Source of the DNA: an uncultured Candidatus Saccharibacteria bacterium
GTDB lineage: Bacteria > Patescibacteriota > Minisyncoccia > Phycocordibacterales > UBA9973
Assembly (NCBI GenBank): GCA_964402895.1
Contig: CAYODR010000002.1
Location: 41,666-105,665 of the forward strand
Length of the DNA: 64,000 bases
Direction: 5' to 3'
In this document: piece after piece, positions 10,205 to 19,920 of the stretch
Layout: every line of letters starts with the position of its first letter
Numbering within the stretch: position 1 is the first letter of the stretch
Position numbers and translations under genes: made by a program
The notes under the pieces: model-generated
Databases searched by the model: none
The model's input: only the letters and a program-made list of their open reading frames with translations
What the model was told of the DNA's origin: nothing

Positions 10205-10294
10205 GGAAGCGTGGATGAGTGGTTGAAATCAACGGTTTACTAAACCGTCAGGCTGTAAAAGGTCTCGTGGGTTCAAATCCCACCGCTTCCGCCA
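10205..10294 (+). tRNA. type II tRNA (Ser-like, encoded CCA), apparent anticodon ACU
   Basis: Acceptor GGAAGCG/CGCTTCC+G+CCA, 3-bp D-stem, anticodon stem ACGGT/ACCGT with loop TTACTAA, long variable arm, T-arm GTGGGTTCAAATCCCAC. Confidence 0.6.
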
Positions 10295-10346
10295 AGGGTT
10301 AGTTTATACACTTTCCCACTAGTTTTTAATAATAACAAATAAAGAT

Positions 10347-10796
10347 ATGGAGTACGAAAATATATGGAATAAAGTTTTAAGAGAAGATGAAAAAATTGAT
10401 TATGAATTCTCTATTGGTAAAAGATACCGAATACTTGGTTTGATAGTATCAGTGTTCACAGGCCTTATTATATCATTAGGATCTTCAACTGTTGGATTAA
10501 TTATCATCGGGCTCGGAGCATTCTATTTTGGATATTACCTAAAAGTAGCGAACGCATATGCTCTTACAGATCGAAGAATACTTGTTCATAGAGGATGGTT
10601 TTCAACAAACACCATAAGTGTTGATTATAAAAATATAACTGATATTACTGTCGATGAGCCATTCCTTGAACGTATCACCACAAAAACTGGTACCCTCTCG
10701 ATCAACACAGCGGGGTCGGGCACAAAGGAAATTGTTCTCAAACATATTAATACACCCTATGAAGTTCGTAAAAGGTTAGATAAAGGGCGAAACTAG
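10347..10796 (+). CDS. bacterial PH domain (bPH_2/YdbS-like) membrane protein
   Basis: Two N-terminal TM helices followed by YALTDRRILVHRGWFSTNTISVDYKNITDITV motif. Confidence 0.65.
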   Translation: MEYENIWNKVLREDEKIDYEFSIGKRYRILGLIVSVFTGLIISLGSSTVGLIIIGLGAFYFGYYLKVANAYALTDRRILVHRGWFSTNTISVDYKNITDITVDEPFLERITTKTGTLSINTAGSGTKEIVLKHINTPYEVRKRLDKGRN

Positions 10797-10841
10797 AATA
10801 ATTAATAATTTACGAAAATATTAAACCCGTTCCACACATTC

Positions 10842-10988
10842 CTAACTAAAAGCTTATGATAACATCATCACACCAACATGTAATCGGCGGTTTTGACCTT
10901 TTCCAAGATTTGCTTTGAATATTGTGAGCATGCTTTGAACTTGCTCAAAATTCATAAAGTCTGTAATGCCAATATACGGGATATACAT
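10842..10988 (-). CDS. small ORF (48 aa) with strong Shine-Dalgarno
   Basis: GGAGGAAATT 6 nt upstream of ATG; MYIPYIGITDFMNFEQVQSML...; not in ORF track (<60 aa). Confidence 0.25.
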
Positions 10989-11066
10989 AATTTCCTCCTT
11001 TTTTAATTTGTGAATATTTTTTATTTACCTAAGATATTACTTATTTAAAGGAAAAAGTCTAGAAAC

Positions 11067-11336
11067 CTAAAAAGATTCATATATATCTTTTCTATGACCC
11101 ACAGCAAATAAAACTGCCTCATCATTTTCTATGTAAAAAATACCACGATAAGATCTATTGATTCTAAAAGAAAAAACATTTCCACTACCAATTCCTTTTA
11201 ATTTTTTAATATGTAATTGTGGATGAAAAATATTCTCCAGTAAAAAATCTTCCTGTTTTTCAAGAAGTACTCTATCTTTATTTTCTAAACGCGCAACCAT
11301 TTTTTTATAATCACTTGTTTTGAAAATTTTTATCAT
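11067..11336 (-). CDS. type II toxin, RelE/ParE family
   Basis: 89 aa; 4-nt overlap (ATGA) with upstream antitoxin; ...IKKLKGIGSGNVFSFRINRSYRGIFYIEN..VLFAVGHRKDIY. Confidence 0.7.
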   Translation of the reverse strand: MIKIFKTSDYKKMVARLENKDRVLLEKQEDFLLENIFHPQLHIKKLKGIGSGNVFSFRINRSYRGIFYIENDEAVLFAVGHRKDIYESF

Positions 11337-11569
11337 TTCTTATTCTTTAAAGATTTTTTATATGCTGATAAGATTTCATTTTTATTAGAATAATTTCCCA
11401 AAGAATCTGTTGGCAACTTTGAAATCGTAATACCCTGATTAATTATAAATTGTCTTAATGAAGCATTTATAATATCTGCTAAAGAAAAGCCCAGCTCTCC
11501 TGCTAATTTTTTAGCTTTATCTTTTAGGTCCTTTTTAGTTCTTATCAAGATAGTTGTATCCATATACAA
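11333..11569 (-). CDS. type II antitoxin (RelB/DinJ-like RHH)
   Basis: 78 aa; TILIRTKKDLKDKAKKLAGELGFSLADIINASLRQFI; upstream 24-bp perfect palindrome atacaaaagtatatacttttgtat (11573..11600) as candidate operator. Confidence 0.6.
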   Translation of the reverse strand: MYMDTTILIRTKKDLKDKAKKLAGELGFSLADIINASLRQFIINQGITISKLPTDSLGNYSNKNEILSAYKKSLKNKK

Positions 11570-11665
11570 AAGTATATACTTTTGTATATTAATGTCAAAT
11601 ATGTTTTATGTCTTTCATATGCATCAAAAATATGCTTTAATACAGAAAACTAAAAAAGGAGACAT

Positions 11666-12245
11666 ATGAAAATTGGATTAGACTTTGACGGTGTAATTGC
11701 TGACTGTGGTCAACTTAAATCACAGGCAGCAAAAGAAATCTATGGTATAGATGTACCAAGAGAACTTTTTAAAAGAGAAATCCTTATTGAGAACGGAATA
11801 ATGTCCGGTAATCAATATAGTGAATTTCAAAAAATAATCTATCACACCATGGAATTTGGGTTAAGAATGGAACCTGTAAAAGATTCATTTGAGTTTATAA
11901 ATAAACTTCTCGATCTTGGATACAGCGTAGAAGTCATAACCTCAAGATCTGACTCATCGCTTGATGTAGCCAAAGAGTGGTGTAAAAAGAATGGCTTGAA
12001 CATTCAAAAATTCACAGGAGTTGGGGGGGGGTAGAAGTAAGGCTCGGGCCTGCCAAGGTTTAGACATCTATATAGATGATGACCTGGACAAGATTATCCC
12101 TCTCGCAGTCATTGTGCCTCATAGATTTTTATTTTCTTGGGGGTATAATGAACAAATTTTAGAACAAAACCATGCAAAAAGAATTCATTCTTGGAAAGAA
12201 TTCTTTTGTGAAATAATGCTTCTCTCAGATATGCGATCTTACTAA
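11666..12245 (+). pseudogene. HAD-family 5'(3')-deoxyribonucleotidase-like gene, split by frameshift at a 9-nt poly-G tract
   Basis: N-terminal ORF (GLDFDGVIAD motif I) stops at 12034; C-terminal ORF (...DIYIDDD motif IV) continues in +1 frame from 12021; deleting one G fuses them. Confidence 0.65.
12023..12031. repeat. homopolymeric G9 tract (candidate slipped-strand site)
   Basis: ttGGGGGGGGGtag in a ~30% GC genome. Confidence 0.8.
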
Positions 12246-12510
12246 AGACCGCATATTTTTATTTAAATTAGAAATGATATTTATCAAAATTATTTTCAGG
12301 TTGTATAAGTGATTCCATACATCACATTATATGATATATAAAGTAAAGCTCCTTAAATATGAGTATTCAAAAACTCTTTAATTTATTGGGTTTTCTAATC
12401 TCTATAACTCCCTATACTAACTGATATATCTGTGCTACAATGTCCCCATTGTAATGTGCTCCTCTCGAAAAAGGTCCGTTGCAAGTAATAATAAGTAAGT
12501 AAAATTAAAA

Positions 12511-12771
12511 ATGAAAAATAAAGTTTTCGTTGGGAGTATTTCTTTTAATACTACTCAAGAAGGATTGTCAGCATACTTTGCACAAGCTGGTACTGTAACT
12601 AGTGCAAACATCATTAATGACAAAATGACTGGTCGCAGTAAAGGTTTCGGATTCGTAGAATTCTCTACAGAAGAAGAAGCTCGTGCAGCAGTTGAAAAAC
12701 TTAACAACACTGAACTTGACGGAAGAACTATCTTTGTAGACCTTGCACAACCTCGTGTTGAAAACAAATAA
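12511..12771 (+). CDS. RRM-type RNA-binding protein
   Basis: 86 aa; RNP-2 VFVGSI and RNP-1 KGFGFVEF motifs. Confidence 0.85.
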   Translation: MKNKVFVGSISFNTTQEGLSAYFAQAGTVTSANIINDKMTGRSKGFGFVEFSTEEEARAAVEKLNNTELDGRTIFVDLAQPRVENK

Positions 12772-12780
12772 TTAATATAA

Positions 12781-12807
12781 ATCACGCCGCCCTTCGGGCG
12801 GCGTGAT
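12781..12807 (+). terminator. rho-independent terminator
   Basis: cacgccgcccttcgggcggcgtg GC hairpin followed by ATTTATATTT. Confidence 0.75.
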
Positions 12808-12814
12808 TTATATT

Positions 12815-12892
12815 TGAAAACAACACAACATGTTTATATTTAGAAACAACATAATATGTTTATATTTAGAAACAACATAATATGTTTATATT
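12815..12892. repeat. 3 x 26-bp tandem direct repeat, each containing palindrome AACATA-A-TATGTT
   Basis: tgaaaacaacacaacatgtttatatt / tagaaacaacataatatgtttatatt x2; upstream of membrane protein-recG unit. Confidence 0.75.
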
Positions 12893-12981
12893 TAAAAACC
12901 TTTTCTAGTGTTTTATATTTTAAAAACTTTTTCACATCTCTTATGTGGCACTTTCAAATTTAAAGATGTATAATATATTTA

Positions 12982-13422
12982 ATGAAAAAAGTTATCGTAA
13001 CTAAAAGAATATTACTTTCTATCGTCATCGCCGTAATGCTTTTAAGTGTCTTTGGAAAATTCATAGGGCGCGAAACTATAAACATGCTATATGGACAAGC
13101 CAATCTCTCTGATCAGATGATTCATATTGCAGCTCTCCAGCTTATCACAGTTATTTGTCTTGTTTATAAACCCCTTCGCAACCTTGGCGTACTTCTAGGA
13201 AGTACTATACTTGGAGGAGTAATATTCCTAATGTGCTCTACTGGCAACAACCCTATTATTGCTATCGCTACACTTATTATCCTTTGGGTTGCTTATAAGC
13301 TAGACCTACTTACATACTGGAAATATCTAACCCGCAAAATAGAGTGGATTCCTAAAAAAGAAACAGAAGAAACATTTAGAACTTGTCAGATAGAAATGAA
13401 AGACGGTGTATATAAGTGCTAA
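12982..13422 (+). CDS. hypothetical membrane protein (4 TM)
   Basis: 146 aa hydrophobic ORF directly upstream of recG. Confidence 0.5.
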   Translation: MKKVIVTKRILLSIVIAVMLLSVFGKFIGRETINMLYGQANLSDQMIHIAALQLITVICLVYKPLRNLGVLLGSTILGGVIFLMCSTGNNPIIAIATLIILWVAYKLDLLTYWKYLTRKIEWIPKKETEETFRTCQIEMKDGVYKC

Positions 13423-13441
13423 TTTGGTACAATAGTACTAT

Positions 13442-15619
13442 ATGGAAAAAATTAACCTAGAAAGCCCGATTTCAGACATCATCCGCTTAAAAGAAAATAT
13501 AAAACTAGGCTTAGACCGTCTTAAAATCCACACAATCAAGGATCTTCTTTACCACTTCCCTACAAGATACGCAGATGCTAGCGTATTTACTTCTATTTCT
13601 GGATTAAAAGATGGAGAGACTGCTACTATCCGTGGTACTGTTCAAAATGTAAATACAAAAAAATCATGGAAGACAAAAGTGCCGATGAGTGAAATGGTGG
13701 TTGAAGATGTAAGTGGTAGTATTAAGGCTATCTGGTTCAATCAAGCATATCTTGCCAAAATGATATCTAAAGGAAATATTGTAGAACTCACAGGAAAAGT
13801 ATCTATGTATAAAGATACTCCGGCATTAGTTAATCCTATTATCCGAGAAGAAAAATCTATGCCTATAGATAATCATGATTCACTTTTTGGTGATGATACA
13901 AAAGACGGCATACTAACACCGATATATCCTGAGACCAAAGGAGTTTCTAGTCTATGGTTTTCCCATACTATATCCAGAGCTCTCTCAAAATTAGAAGACA
14001 TACCAGAACACATTCCGAAAGAAATACTTGAAAAATATTCTCTTCCGAACATAAAGTCGGCTTTAATTTGGATACACAGCCCTAAAAATAAAAATGATGC
14101 AACTATTGCAAGAAAAAGATTTGCTTTTGATGAAATCTTTTCTATCAATGTAGTTCGTCAACAAGAAAAAAATCGTATAAAAAATATTAAAGCTTATAGT
14201 ATAGATATGAGTACTATTGATATGGAGTATTTTATGAAAAGATTTTCTTTTAAGCTCACAGATGCTCAGCAAAAATCAGTCAGCTCTATTTTAAATGATC
14301 TAGAACAAGATGTCCCAATGTCTAGACTACTTGAAGGTGATGTCGGTAGTGGAAAAACAGCCGTAGCAGCAGTGGCAGCATACGCAACTGTCATGAATAG
14401 GCCCAACAATACAAAGGGCGCCAAGCAGACATTTGGAAACCTACAAGTTGCGTACATGGCTCCAACTGAAATCCTAGCTACTCAACACTTTGAATCTTTT
14501 ATAGAGCTTTTTGAAGGTACAGGTATATCTATTGCACTAATTACCGGAAGTGGATGCAGAAAATACCCAAGTAAAGTTGCATCAAATACTAAAAGTTGGA
14601 CAAATATTTCCAAAAGCCAACTTTCTAAATGGATTGAAAATGGAGAAATCCCCATAGTCATCGGTACACATGCACTCATTCAAAAAAGTCTAAACTTCAA
14701 ACACTTAGCCTTAGCCATCATTGATGAGCAACATCGTTTTGGACTTAAACAAAGACAATCTTTAGCAAAAAAAGACACACACTTTCCACATTTATTATCA
14801 ATGACTGCAACACCTATTCCCCGAACTCTTGCGCTCACTATCTATGGTGACCTTGATTTATCTATCTTAGACTCTATGCCAGAAGGCAGAAAACCAGTAA
14901 AGACTATTCTGACTCATCCTGAAAAAAGAGATAATATGTACTCAGAAATTAAAAATCTTCTTAAAGAAGGTCGTCAGCTTTATGTCATCTGCCCCAGAAT
15001 AGATGAACCAGACCCACAAAAACAAAAAGCTCTACAACTAAAATCCGTAAAGTCAGAAGCAGAAAGACTTAAGAAAGATATCTTTCCTGAATACGAAATA
15101 GATATCTTGCATAGTAAAATGAAAAAAGATGAAAAAGAAGAAGTTATGCAAGCTTTCAAAAATAAAGAAATAGATATTTTGGTAGCAACATCAGTTGTTG
15201 AGGTGGGAGTAAATGTACCCAATGCAACAATCATCATCATTGAAGGCGCAGAAAGATTTGGACTTGCCCAGCTCCATCAACTAAGAGGAAGAGTTATCAG
15301 ATCAAGCCATCAAGCATATTGCTACATACTAGCAGATATAAAATCAGAAAAAACTTCTGAGAGAATGAAGTATTTTATAGAAGCAAAAAATGGTTTTGAA
15401 TTAGCTGAATATGATCTTGGTATGCGCGGTAGTGGAGAGCTTATAGGAAAAAGTCAGTGGGGTGTCAGTGACATCGGAATGGAAGCACTGCGTAATCTAA
15501 AATTAGTTGAAGCAGCTAGAGATAGTGCCCAAGAGCTCGTGTCAAAAGACCCAGATCTAAAAAATAATTCTAACCTTTCTAAAATAGTCTCTAAATACGA
15601 AACTATGCACTTTGAGTAA
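13442..15619 (+). CDS. recG: ATP-dependent DNA helicase RecG
   Basis: 725 aa; wedge domain, helicase motif I DVGSGKT, motif II DEQHRFG, motif VI QLRGRVIRS. Confidence 0.9.
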   Translation: MEKINLESPISDIIRLKENIKLGLDRLKIHTIKDLLYHFPTRYADASVFTSISGLKDGETATIRGTVQNVNTKKSWKTKVPMSEMVVEDVSGSIKAIWFNQAYLAKMISKGNIVELTGKVSMYKDTPALVNPIIREEKSMPIDNHDSLFGDDTKDGILTPIYPETKGVSSLWFSHTISRALSKLEDIPEHIPKEILEKYSLPNIKSALIWIHSPKNKNDATIARKRFAFDEIFSINVVRQQEKNRIKNIKAYSIDMSTIDMEYFMKRFSFKLTDAQQKSVSSILNDLEQDVPMSRLLEGDVGSGKTAVAAVAAYATVMNRPNNTKGAKQTFGNLQVAYMAPTEILATQHFESFIELFEGTGISIALITGSGCRKYPSKVASNTKSWTNISKSQLSKWIENGEIPIVIGTHALIQKSLNFKHLALAIIDEQHRFGLKQRQSLAKKDTHFPHLLSMTATPIPRTLALTIYGDLDLSILDSMPEGRKPVKTILTHPEKRDNMYSEIKNLLKEGRQLYVICPRIDEPDPQKQKALQLKSVKSEAERLKKDIFPEYEIDILHSKMKKDEKEEVMQAFKNKEIDILVATSVVEVGVNVPNATIIIIEGAERFGLAQLHQLRGRVIRSSHQAYCYILADIKSEKTSERMKYFIEAKNGFELAEYDLGMRGSGELIGKSQWGVSDIGMEALRNLKLVEAARDSAQELVSKDPDLKNNSNLSKIVSKYETMHFE

Positions 15620-16108
15620 TTAACAATTTATCTCTTGATATTTTTGCTCACTTACAAGTCTATCAAGTTTTGGTACAAGCATTCCTTCTGATTCTTCAAG
15701 CTCATATCTAAGCTTAATTAAACCATCATTTACAATTTTATAAATTTCTCTTTCCGAATTTTGAGAACCTTCTACTGTATATGAAAATACTGCCTCTATC
15801 TTATCCCCCTTCACAAAACCATCAATATCGCCAAAATACCCATTAGACATGGTCGGGCCAAATTGAGTACCAACTTTTTTTCCACTAACAATATTACCAT
15901 CAAAATCTAAACTAATCCTCTCGCTAACACTATAAGGAGCATCTTCTAACGCTCTTTGTTCATACATAAAACACCTAGAAAATTCTTGAAAAGTACCTGT
16001 ACTAATTACACCCACATCTTCTTGATTGTTTTTATTTAACACCAAAAGTACCGTACTAAATACTACTATTGCAATCACACCTAAAATCAAAATTTTTTTA
16101 AAATTCAT
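15620..16108 (-). CDS. hypothetical secreted protein
   Basis: 162 aa; N-terminal TM/signal ILILGVIAIVVFSTVLLV. Confidence 0.45.
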   Translation of the reverse strand: MNFKKILILGVIAIVVFSTVLLVLNKNNQEDVGVISTGTFQEFSRCFMYEQRALEDAPYSVSERISLDFDGNIVSGKKVGTQFGPTMSNGYFGDIDGFVKGDKIEAVFSYTVEGSQNSEREIYKIVNDGLIKLRYELEESEGMLVPKLDRLVSEQKYQEINC

Positions 16109-16175
16109 AAATACATTATCTCATGAAATTAAGATAATCCTAAGTTTTTTGACAATAACACGGGGTTATGATTAT

Positions 16176-16733
16176 ATGTCTCTAAATACTAAATCAATAT
16201 ATATGAAAAAAATCAAAGAAATCTCTGGATACCTGGGCGTAGACCAGAGAGAGCTTGAGCTGAATCTTGGTGTATATAATGCACCGAAAAGTTTTCATGA
16301 AGCTCAAAATATGTATGATATTTTGATAAATTTAAATAATAAAAATCTTCTTGATAAACTTTATCAAGACTGGAACAAACTCTATGTTTTTGCTTTAAAC
16401 AGAAGTAACAACCTAAAGGATCTTAAAAATCTATTTGAGAAAATTCCTATAGTTTTACCCGCCACTGAGAGAGTATTGCATAAATGGAAAATTCGCTCAA
16501 AAATAGATATTAGACTACCTCACAATCTTCGGAGCCTAAAGTATCTGTATGAAAATATTTACTTTAGACCCAATGATTGGGAAATGAAATCTGAAGCATT
16601 TGCAATGTACACGGAAGAAACAGAGGTATTGCTTGAAAATGCTCAAAGCTTAAAAGACCTTAAATATATCTTAATGTATGGCGAGCCGAACATTAAAAAA
16701 AGGGCTTTTGAAAAAGTAAAAAAATTACTTTAA
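16176..16733 (+). CDS. hypothetical protein
   Basis: Start trimmed to ATG 16176 (MSLNTKS...) to avoid overlap with convergent upstream gene; no family recognised. Confidence 0.4.
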   Translation: MSLNTKSIYMKKIKEISGYLGVDQRELELNLGVYNAPKSFHEAQNMYDILINLNNKNLLDKLYQDWNKLYVFALNRSNNLKDLKNLFEKIPIVLPATERVLHKWKIRSKIDIRLPHNLRSLKYLYENIYFRPNDWEMKSEAFAMYTEETEVLLENAQSLKDLKYILMYGEPNIKKRAFEKVKKLL

Positions 16734-16796
16734 AGGTAGTAAACTAATAAAATAAACTCCCTGCGTACACAAGATGTATGCGGGGATTTTTTAATG

Positions 16797-16870
16797 TGGG
16801 AGTAGATGGATTCGAACCATCGACCGCAGAGGTATAAGCTCTGTGCTCTAACCAACTGAGCTATACTCCC
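16797..16870 (-). tRNA. tRNA-Ile (anticodon UAU)
   Basis: GGGAGTATAGCTCAGTTGGTTAGAGC A CAGAG-CTTATAC-CTCTG CGGTC GATGGTTCGAATCCATC TACTCCC A; Ile-like body with TAT anticodon. Confidence 0.75.
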
Positions 16871-16924
16871 CCAATTGATTATTTGATTTTACCAGTATTA
16901 TTCAAAAAAACAACCTATAAAATA

Positions 16925-17950
16925 CTATGGTACAAACTTCTCTTTTATCAGCATATTTTCACTAAATGGGATTTTTTCTTGCGGTACAAATTGCCTAGAC
17001 AATGGGCTGACAAAAATCTCCTTGGTAAAATCTTTAGTTTCTGGATTATATAAAACACTAGCAACCATTCCTCTCATGGTATGCTCTGAAAAATATTGAT
17101 CAAAAATAAAGTTCCCCAATCCATATAAAATTATCTTTCCATTATATTCTTCTATAGACTGCATCACATGTGCGTGGTGCCCTACCACAATATCTGCGCC
17201 ATTATCTACTGTGCTTCTGGCAAGAGTCTCTTGTCTTTTATTGGTAGGAGAATATTCATCCCCAAAGTGAAATGATACAACCAAAACATCAACCTCGGAT
17301 TTTGCATTTGAAATAATCTCGGAAAAGTTTTTATCATTTGCCAAAAGTGTACCTGATGAATTCTCTTTTGCTACAAGCCATGTCGGACCTACATCAGTGA
17401 ACCCTAAATATCCAAATCTCACACCCTCAACCTCTATCACGCTCGGTGTAATAGCTTCTTGATAATTCTTTCCTGCACCAACATATTTTATTCCAACACT
17501 ATCAAGCCTTTCTAGAGTCTCATCAAAAGCTTCTTTTGTATAATCCCCAACATGATTATTGGCAAAAGATACAATGTCAAAACCTGCATCAAAAAGTGCA
17601 TTCAATACTTGAGGCTCCATCCGAAAAGAATAAATACTACCAACATTTCTACCCCCGAGTGCAACGGGTCCTTCTAGATTTCCAAAAGTAACATCAGCAT
17701 CTTTTAAATACGGAGTATTTCTAAAAAGCTTACTATAATCCCCGCCTAGATGCGCATCTACATTTCTTTTCACTCCACGATCAAACATTATATCTCCAAC
17801 AAAAATAAGTTTAATACTACGAGATTCTCTTTTCTCTACTACTTTCGGAATAAATTTTTCAACCGTTATAGAATTTTCATTTTTTTGAACAAATAAAAAA
17901 ACCCCTACAATAAAAAATAAAACTAAAATTACTGTAAGGATTTTTCTCAT
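16925..17950 (-). CDS. CapA family metallophosphatase (poly-gamma-glutamate synthesis-like)
   Basis: N-terminal TM; FVGDIMFDRGV, GNHVGDY, GHHAHV metallophosphatase motifs typical of CapA/PGA_cap. Confidence 0.7.
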   Translation of the reverse strand: MRKILTVILVLFFIVGVFLFVQKNENSITVEKFIPKVVEKRESRSIKLIFVGDIMFDRGVKRNVDAHLGGDYSKLFRNTPYLKDADVTFGNLEGPVALGGRNVGSIYSFRMEPQVLNALFDAGFDIVSFANNHVGDYTKEAFDETLERLDSVGIKYVGAGKNYQEAITPSVIEVEGVRFGYLGFTDVGPTWLVAKENSSGTLLANDKNFSEIISNAKSEVDVLVVSFHFGDEYSPTNKRQETLARSTVDNGADIVVGHHAHVMQSIEEYNGKIILYGLGNFIFDQYFSEHTMRGMVASVLYNPETKDFTKEIFVSPLSRQFVPQEKIPFSENMLIKEKFVP

Positions 17951-17951
17951 A

Positions 17952-19847
17952 TTATTCTTCTAATTTTTTAATTGGAATATTGTATCTACTGATCAGCTCT
18001 TCATACTCTGCCCTTTCAAGAGTTTCTACTTCCATAAGTTTTTGGGTAATTGCTTCAAGTATATCTTTGTGTTTTGTCAGTACATCTCTAGCGCGTCCCA
18101 AGGCTTCTTTCATTATCTTTTCCACCTCTTCATCAATCAGTGCACTAACTCTCTCAGAATATTCTTTACTATTTACACTGTTTCCAAAAAGTGGCTTTCC
18201 TCCATCATTTTCAAGCGCGATAGGTCCTATCTTTTCACTCATTCCCCATCTAGTAACCATAGCGCGAGCAAGACTAGTGGATACTTGTAAGTCATTTGAG
18301 GGTCCAGTACTAACAGTACCAAACATCATTTCTTCGGCTACATACCCACCAAGCGACATTGCAATATCATCTAAGAATTCTTTTTTATTTTGAAGTTTTC
18401 TTTCTTCAAGTGGAAGTTTTAATGTATATCCCCCAGCTCGTCCACGAGCGACAATAGACACTTTATGCACTGGGTCTGCATCTGGAAGTACTGATGCAAT
18501 GAGAGCATGTCCTGCTTCATGATATGCTGTTAAAAGTTTTTCTTTTTTACTTAATAAATGACTCTTTCTTTCAGGTCCAAGCATTACTTTTTCAATAGAA
18601 CGAATCAAATCATATTGAGAAATCTTTTTTCTATTTTCGCGCGCTGCTAATATCGCACCTTCATTCATCAGAGAATAAAGGTCAGCACCAGAGAACCCCG
18701 GTGTTCTCTCTGCGATTACCTTAAGGTCTACATCTTCTGCAAATGGTTTCTTTGTACTATGTACATTTAAAATCTCTTCACGATCTTGTCTATCTGGTAG
18801 ATCCAGCATTACTCTTCTATCAAATCTACCCGGTCTTAAAAGCGCTGGATCGAGCACATCACTTCTATTGGTTGCCGCCATCACTATGACTTTGTCATTT
18901 GGTTCAAAACCATCCATTTCCACAAGAATCTGGTTTAGTGTTTGCTCACGCTCATCATTTCCACCACCATATCCTCCACCACGAACACGACCAACAGCAT
19001 CTATTTCATCAATAAATATAATCGCGGGAGATGCTCTTTTGGCCATTTTAAATAAATCCCTAACCCTTGAAGCACCTACTCCCACAAACATTTCCACAAA
19101 CTCACTACCAGAAAGATGGAAAAAAGGTACTCCTGCTTCCCCAGCTACGGCTCTAGCTAAGAGTGTCTTTCCTGTACCGGGTGCTCCTGCCAAAAGCACT
19201 CCCTTAGGAATACGCGCCCCAATATCTAGAAATTTTTTAGGATTTTTCAAGAAGTCTACAATTTCTCTAAGCTCTTCTTTTGCTTCCTTTGCTCCAGCTA
19301 CATCTTTAAATGTAACTTTATTATTTAAATCATTGGGATCTGTAATACGAGCTTTAGATTGACCGAAAGTAAATGCTTGCATACCAGAACCTTTGGCTTG
19401 TTTAGTTAGTATCCAAAAGAAAAAGATGATAAGCCCAATAGGTAAGATAATAGGAAGAAGATTGAGAAGTATGTATCCAAAACCAGTTTTGTTTTCAATA
19501 CTAATATCTATACTTTTTATATTTTCATCAGACACTCCATACGCCGAAAGAGTTTCAACCAATGAAGTTGCTGATTCTTTTTTTGACTTAAAGATAGTAT
19601 CGTCATTTTTTGTGATTTCCAAATTTTGGTCTTGAACAACAATACTCTTGATTTCTCCGCTGTGTGCAAGTCTTGCTACTTCTGAAAGTGTAATGTCTTC
19701 AGACTTTTTACTGTCTACACTAGAAACAGCTGTATATAGACCAACTATCACCACAAAAATAAAGAAGGTAGATAAAACATAAGAAAGGAACGACCTTTTT
19801 GGCTTTTGTGGGATTTTCTTTTTGGGGTCTAACTGATTCGTATTCAT
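17952..19847 (-). CDS. ftsH: ATP-dependent zinc metalloprotease FtsH
   Basis: 631 aa; 2 TM, AAA Walker [12 protein letters not shown], zinc site HEAGHAL. Confidence 0.95.
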   Translation of the reverse strand: MNTNQLDPKKKIPQKPKRSFLSYVLSTFFIFVVIVGLYTAVSSVDSKKSEDITLSEVARLAHSGEIKSIVVQDQNLEITKNDDTIFKSKKESATSLVETLSAYGVSDENIKSIDISIENKTGFGYILLNLLPIILPIGLIIFFFWILTKQAKGSGMQAFTFGQSKARITDPNDLNNKVTFKDVAGAKEAKEELREIVDFLKNPKKFLDIGARIPKGVLLAGAPGTGKTLLARAVAGEAGVPFFHLSGSEFVEMFVGVGASRVRDLFKMAKRASPAIIFIDEIDAVGRVRGGGYGGGNDEREQTLNQILVEMDGFEPNDKVIVMAATNRSDVLDPALLRPGRFDRRVMLDLPDRQDREEILNVHSTKKPFAEDVDLKVIAERTPGFSGADLYSLMNEGAILAARENRKKISQYDLIRSIEKVMLGPERKSHLLSKKEKLLTAYHEAGHALIASVLPDADPVHKVSIVARGRAGGYTLKLPLEERKLQNKKEFLDDIAMSLGGYVAEEMMFGTVSTGPSNDLQVSTSLARAMVTRWGMSEKIGPIALENDGGKPLFGNSVNSKEYSERVSALIDEEVEKIMKEALGRARDVLTKHKDILEAITQKLMEVETLERAEYEELISRYNIPIKKLEE

Positions 19848-19920
19848 AAAGTATATTATACATAAAATCTAAATCTTGGCTTCTTTATTTAAAGAAAAAA
19901 TATTGTGATAATATAAAGAT

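Noticed and set aside
12023-12031. Poly-G tracts as pure sequencing or assembly artefacts
   Set aside because: This cannot be excluded without reads. It is kept as a finding because two long G runs both fall in coding regions, and in the pilins the tract length varies among paralogs in a way that toggles the frame.
16026-16175. N-terminal 50 codons of ORF 16026..16733
   Set aside because: This part overlaps the convergent gene 15620..16108; the internal ATG at 16176 is used instead. Likewise the 21480 start overlaps a promoter or terminator, so 21537 is used.
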